From positions 1 through 64,000 of the IMG/VR virus record IMGVR_UViG_3300035157_000753: a DNA stretch of 64,000 nucleotides. The stretch is one strand, 5' to 3'. The notes below the pieces were generated by a model. That model made no database searches. It was not told the DNA's origin and saw nothing but the letters and a program-made list of their open reading frames with translations. The position numbers and the translations under genes are program-made. Of the stretch, positions 62,802-64,000 are shown piece by piece. Positions within the stretch are counted from its first letter, which is position 1. Each line of letters starts with the position of its first letter. Source of the DNA: a virus.

Positions 62802-63811
62802 TAGTTTACTTGTCCACCGTTGATTGTACCAGAGGTCAACTTGTTTATATAGGAGACTCCATCAATAGCATTTCCACCAGAGCCAGGTGTTCCTCTTCCA
62901 GATCCACCTTGAGCAGTGGATCCCCATCCACCACCTCTACCTCCTGATTTTGAACCACATCCTGAAGCTCCCCCACCATTTCCTGGTGCGTTTACGGAAC
63001 CACTCTGCCCATTGTTTCCTCCTGTTCCTCTCTGTCCTCCTGGATAGCCAATACCACCACCTCCACCGCCTCCTTGTGACGTTGAGAAATTTTGATATGT
63101 TGCTTGACACTGACTTCCCTTCATACAACCATATTGTCCTGTATTCTGATATGTACATTGCCCACCACGGCCACCGCCGCCGCCTCCACCGCCGCCAGCG
63201 ATTTGACCATTATTGATCAGAAGAGATTCTTCTCTTACATATAATGCAGTTTGTCCGTTCTGTCCACCATTGGTATTAGATGTATTTTGTCCAGCTGAAC
63301 CATTACCACCTTTACCCATTATACGTCTACCACCACCAACAACAATTAGTACCTTAGATCCACCAGTTATATTAGGTATAGTTACATTTCTCTGCCATGA
63401 ATTTATATACACAACACCATAAACATCAGCACCACCTTGAGTATTATATCCAGAATATGATAGGGCAGTATCTAAATCAAATGTATAACTATCAGCTGCT
63501 ATTGTGTTATAAGATCCTGTTTGTAGATCATCAGTATTAGATCCTGTACATTCCATCCATCTAGTATTAACTGTCTTAGCTGATGAACCTGAGTTATTAT
63601 TATTCAGATCAAATTGAAATCTATACACATTACCTTTATGTACTTCTCTCCAAGTACCACCACTCTTAATATAATGTTGCTTAGCTCTTCTCCAAGTACC
63701 ACCACTATCTTTAGCGTGGATAGAATGAGTTGGTTCCCAACTATTACTCCTTTTTATCCATGCATTACCACCAAGTAGCTCTGCATATTGATTAGAATAA
63801 GGTAATCCCAT
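62801..63811 (-). CDS. gp38-type glycine-rich tail-fibre tip adhesin, 336 aa
   Basis: IMGKGGNG, G.TAL, INNGQIAGGGGGGGGG, GGGGGGGIGYPGG, GG.GGGWG, GSGGNAI; Trp-rich N-terminus; follows a fibre gene. Confidence 0.75.
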   Translation of the reverse strand: MGLPYSNQYAELLGGNAWIKRSNSWEPTHSIHAKDSGGTWRRAKQHYIKSGGTWREVHKGNVYRFQFDLNNNNSGSSAKTVNTRWMECTGSNTDDLQTGSYNTIAADSYTFDLDTALSYSGYNTQGGADVYGVVYINSWQRNVTIPNITGGSKVLIVVGGGRRIMGKGGNGSAGQNTSNTNGGQNGQTALYVREESLLINNGQIAGGGGGGGGGRGGQCTYQNTGQYGCMKGSQCQATYQNFSTSQGGGGGGGIGYPGGQRGTGGNNGQSGSVNAPGNGGGASGCGSKSGGRGGGWGSTAQGGSGRGTPGSGGNAIDGVSYINKLTSGTINGGQVN

Positions 63812-64000
63812 TAGTATCTATACCAAACATCTCCATTTGAACCACCAGAAGGTGCATTTGTACTTATCCATCTTCTACCGTATGCATTTGATTCATCACC
63901 GATAGAAAATGTAACTCCACCTGTAGTTGAGTTAACAGATCCATCGTGGAAACCTGAAGGATTAGCAAATGATGTTACACCACTGTTACTAATAGTGATA
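63811..64000 (-). CDS. C-terminus of a tail fibre gene (partial)
   Basis: ...SNAYGRRWISTNAPSGGSNGDVWYRY-stop; its TAA overlaps the adhesin ATG. Confidence 0.75.
   Translation of the reverse strand, partial: ITISNSGVTSFANPSGFHDGSVNSTTGGVTFSIGDESNAYGRRWISTNAPSGGSNGDVWYRY

Noticed and set aside
1-64000. CRISPR array, DGR (reverse transcriptase with template/variable repeats), integrase, intron or intein
   Set aside because: I saw no regularly spaced nucleotide repeats, no reverse transcriptase, recombinase or splicing motifs. The repeats found are protein-level and differ at all bases, not just adenines.

Overview
Fragment of a T4-like marine cyanomyovirus genome (low GC, probably a Prochlorococcus/Synechococcus phage; the exact phage is not identifiable from the sequence alone). 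Bases 1-47,000 are a minus-strand late structural block. It holds a >3,280-aa fibre-like ORF running off the left edge (missed by the ORF track), other fibre/virion proteins, VrlC-like, gp8, a 4,796-aa gp7, gp6, gp25 and PAAR, with T4 late promoters (TATAAATA/CTAAATA). A minimal SET-domain gene and a coupled 49-aa K/R/G-rich peptide sit between gp25 and PAAR. Bases ~47,600-52,400 are a compositionally distinct early island of small genes on both strands, including a SAM-lyase-like gene, a DUF1281/YubB-like gene, an H1-like basic protein and a KTSC-like gene. Bases 52,400-60,900 carry three 2OG-Fe(II) oxygenases, tRNA-Thr(UGU) with a pseudoknotted RNA just upstream, a PD-(D/E)xK nuclease, two DNA methyltransferases and an HExxH protein. 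The window ends with a tail-fibre C-terminus, a gp38-type Gly-rich adhesin and a paralogous gene pair. Two promoter architectures stand out: ten copies of a palindromic element 28-31 nt upstream of a -10 box, and three HLR1-like elements exactly 39 nt upstream of TATAAT.
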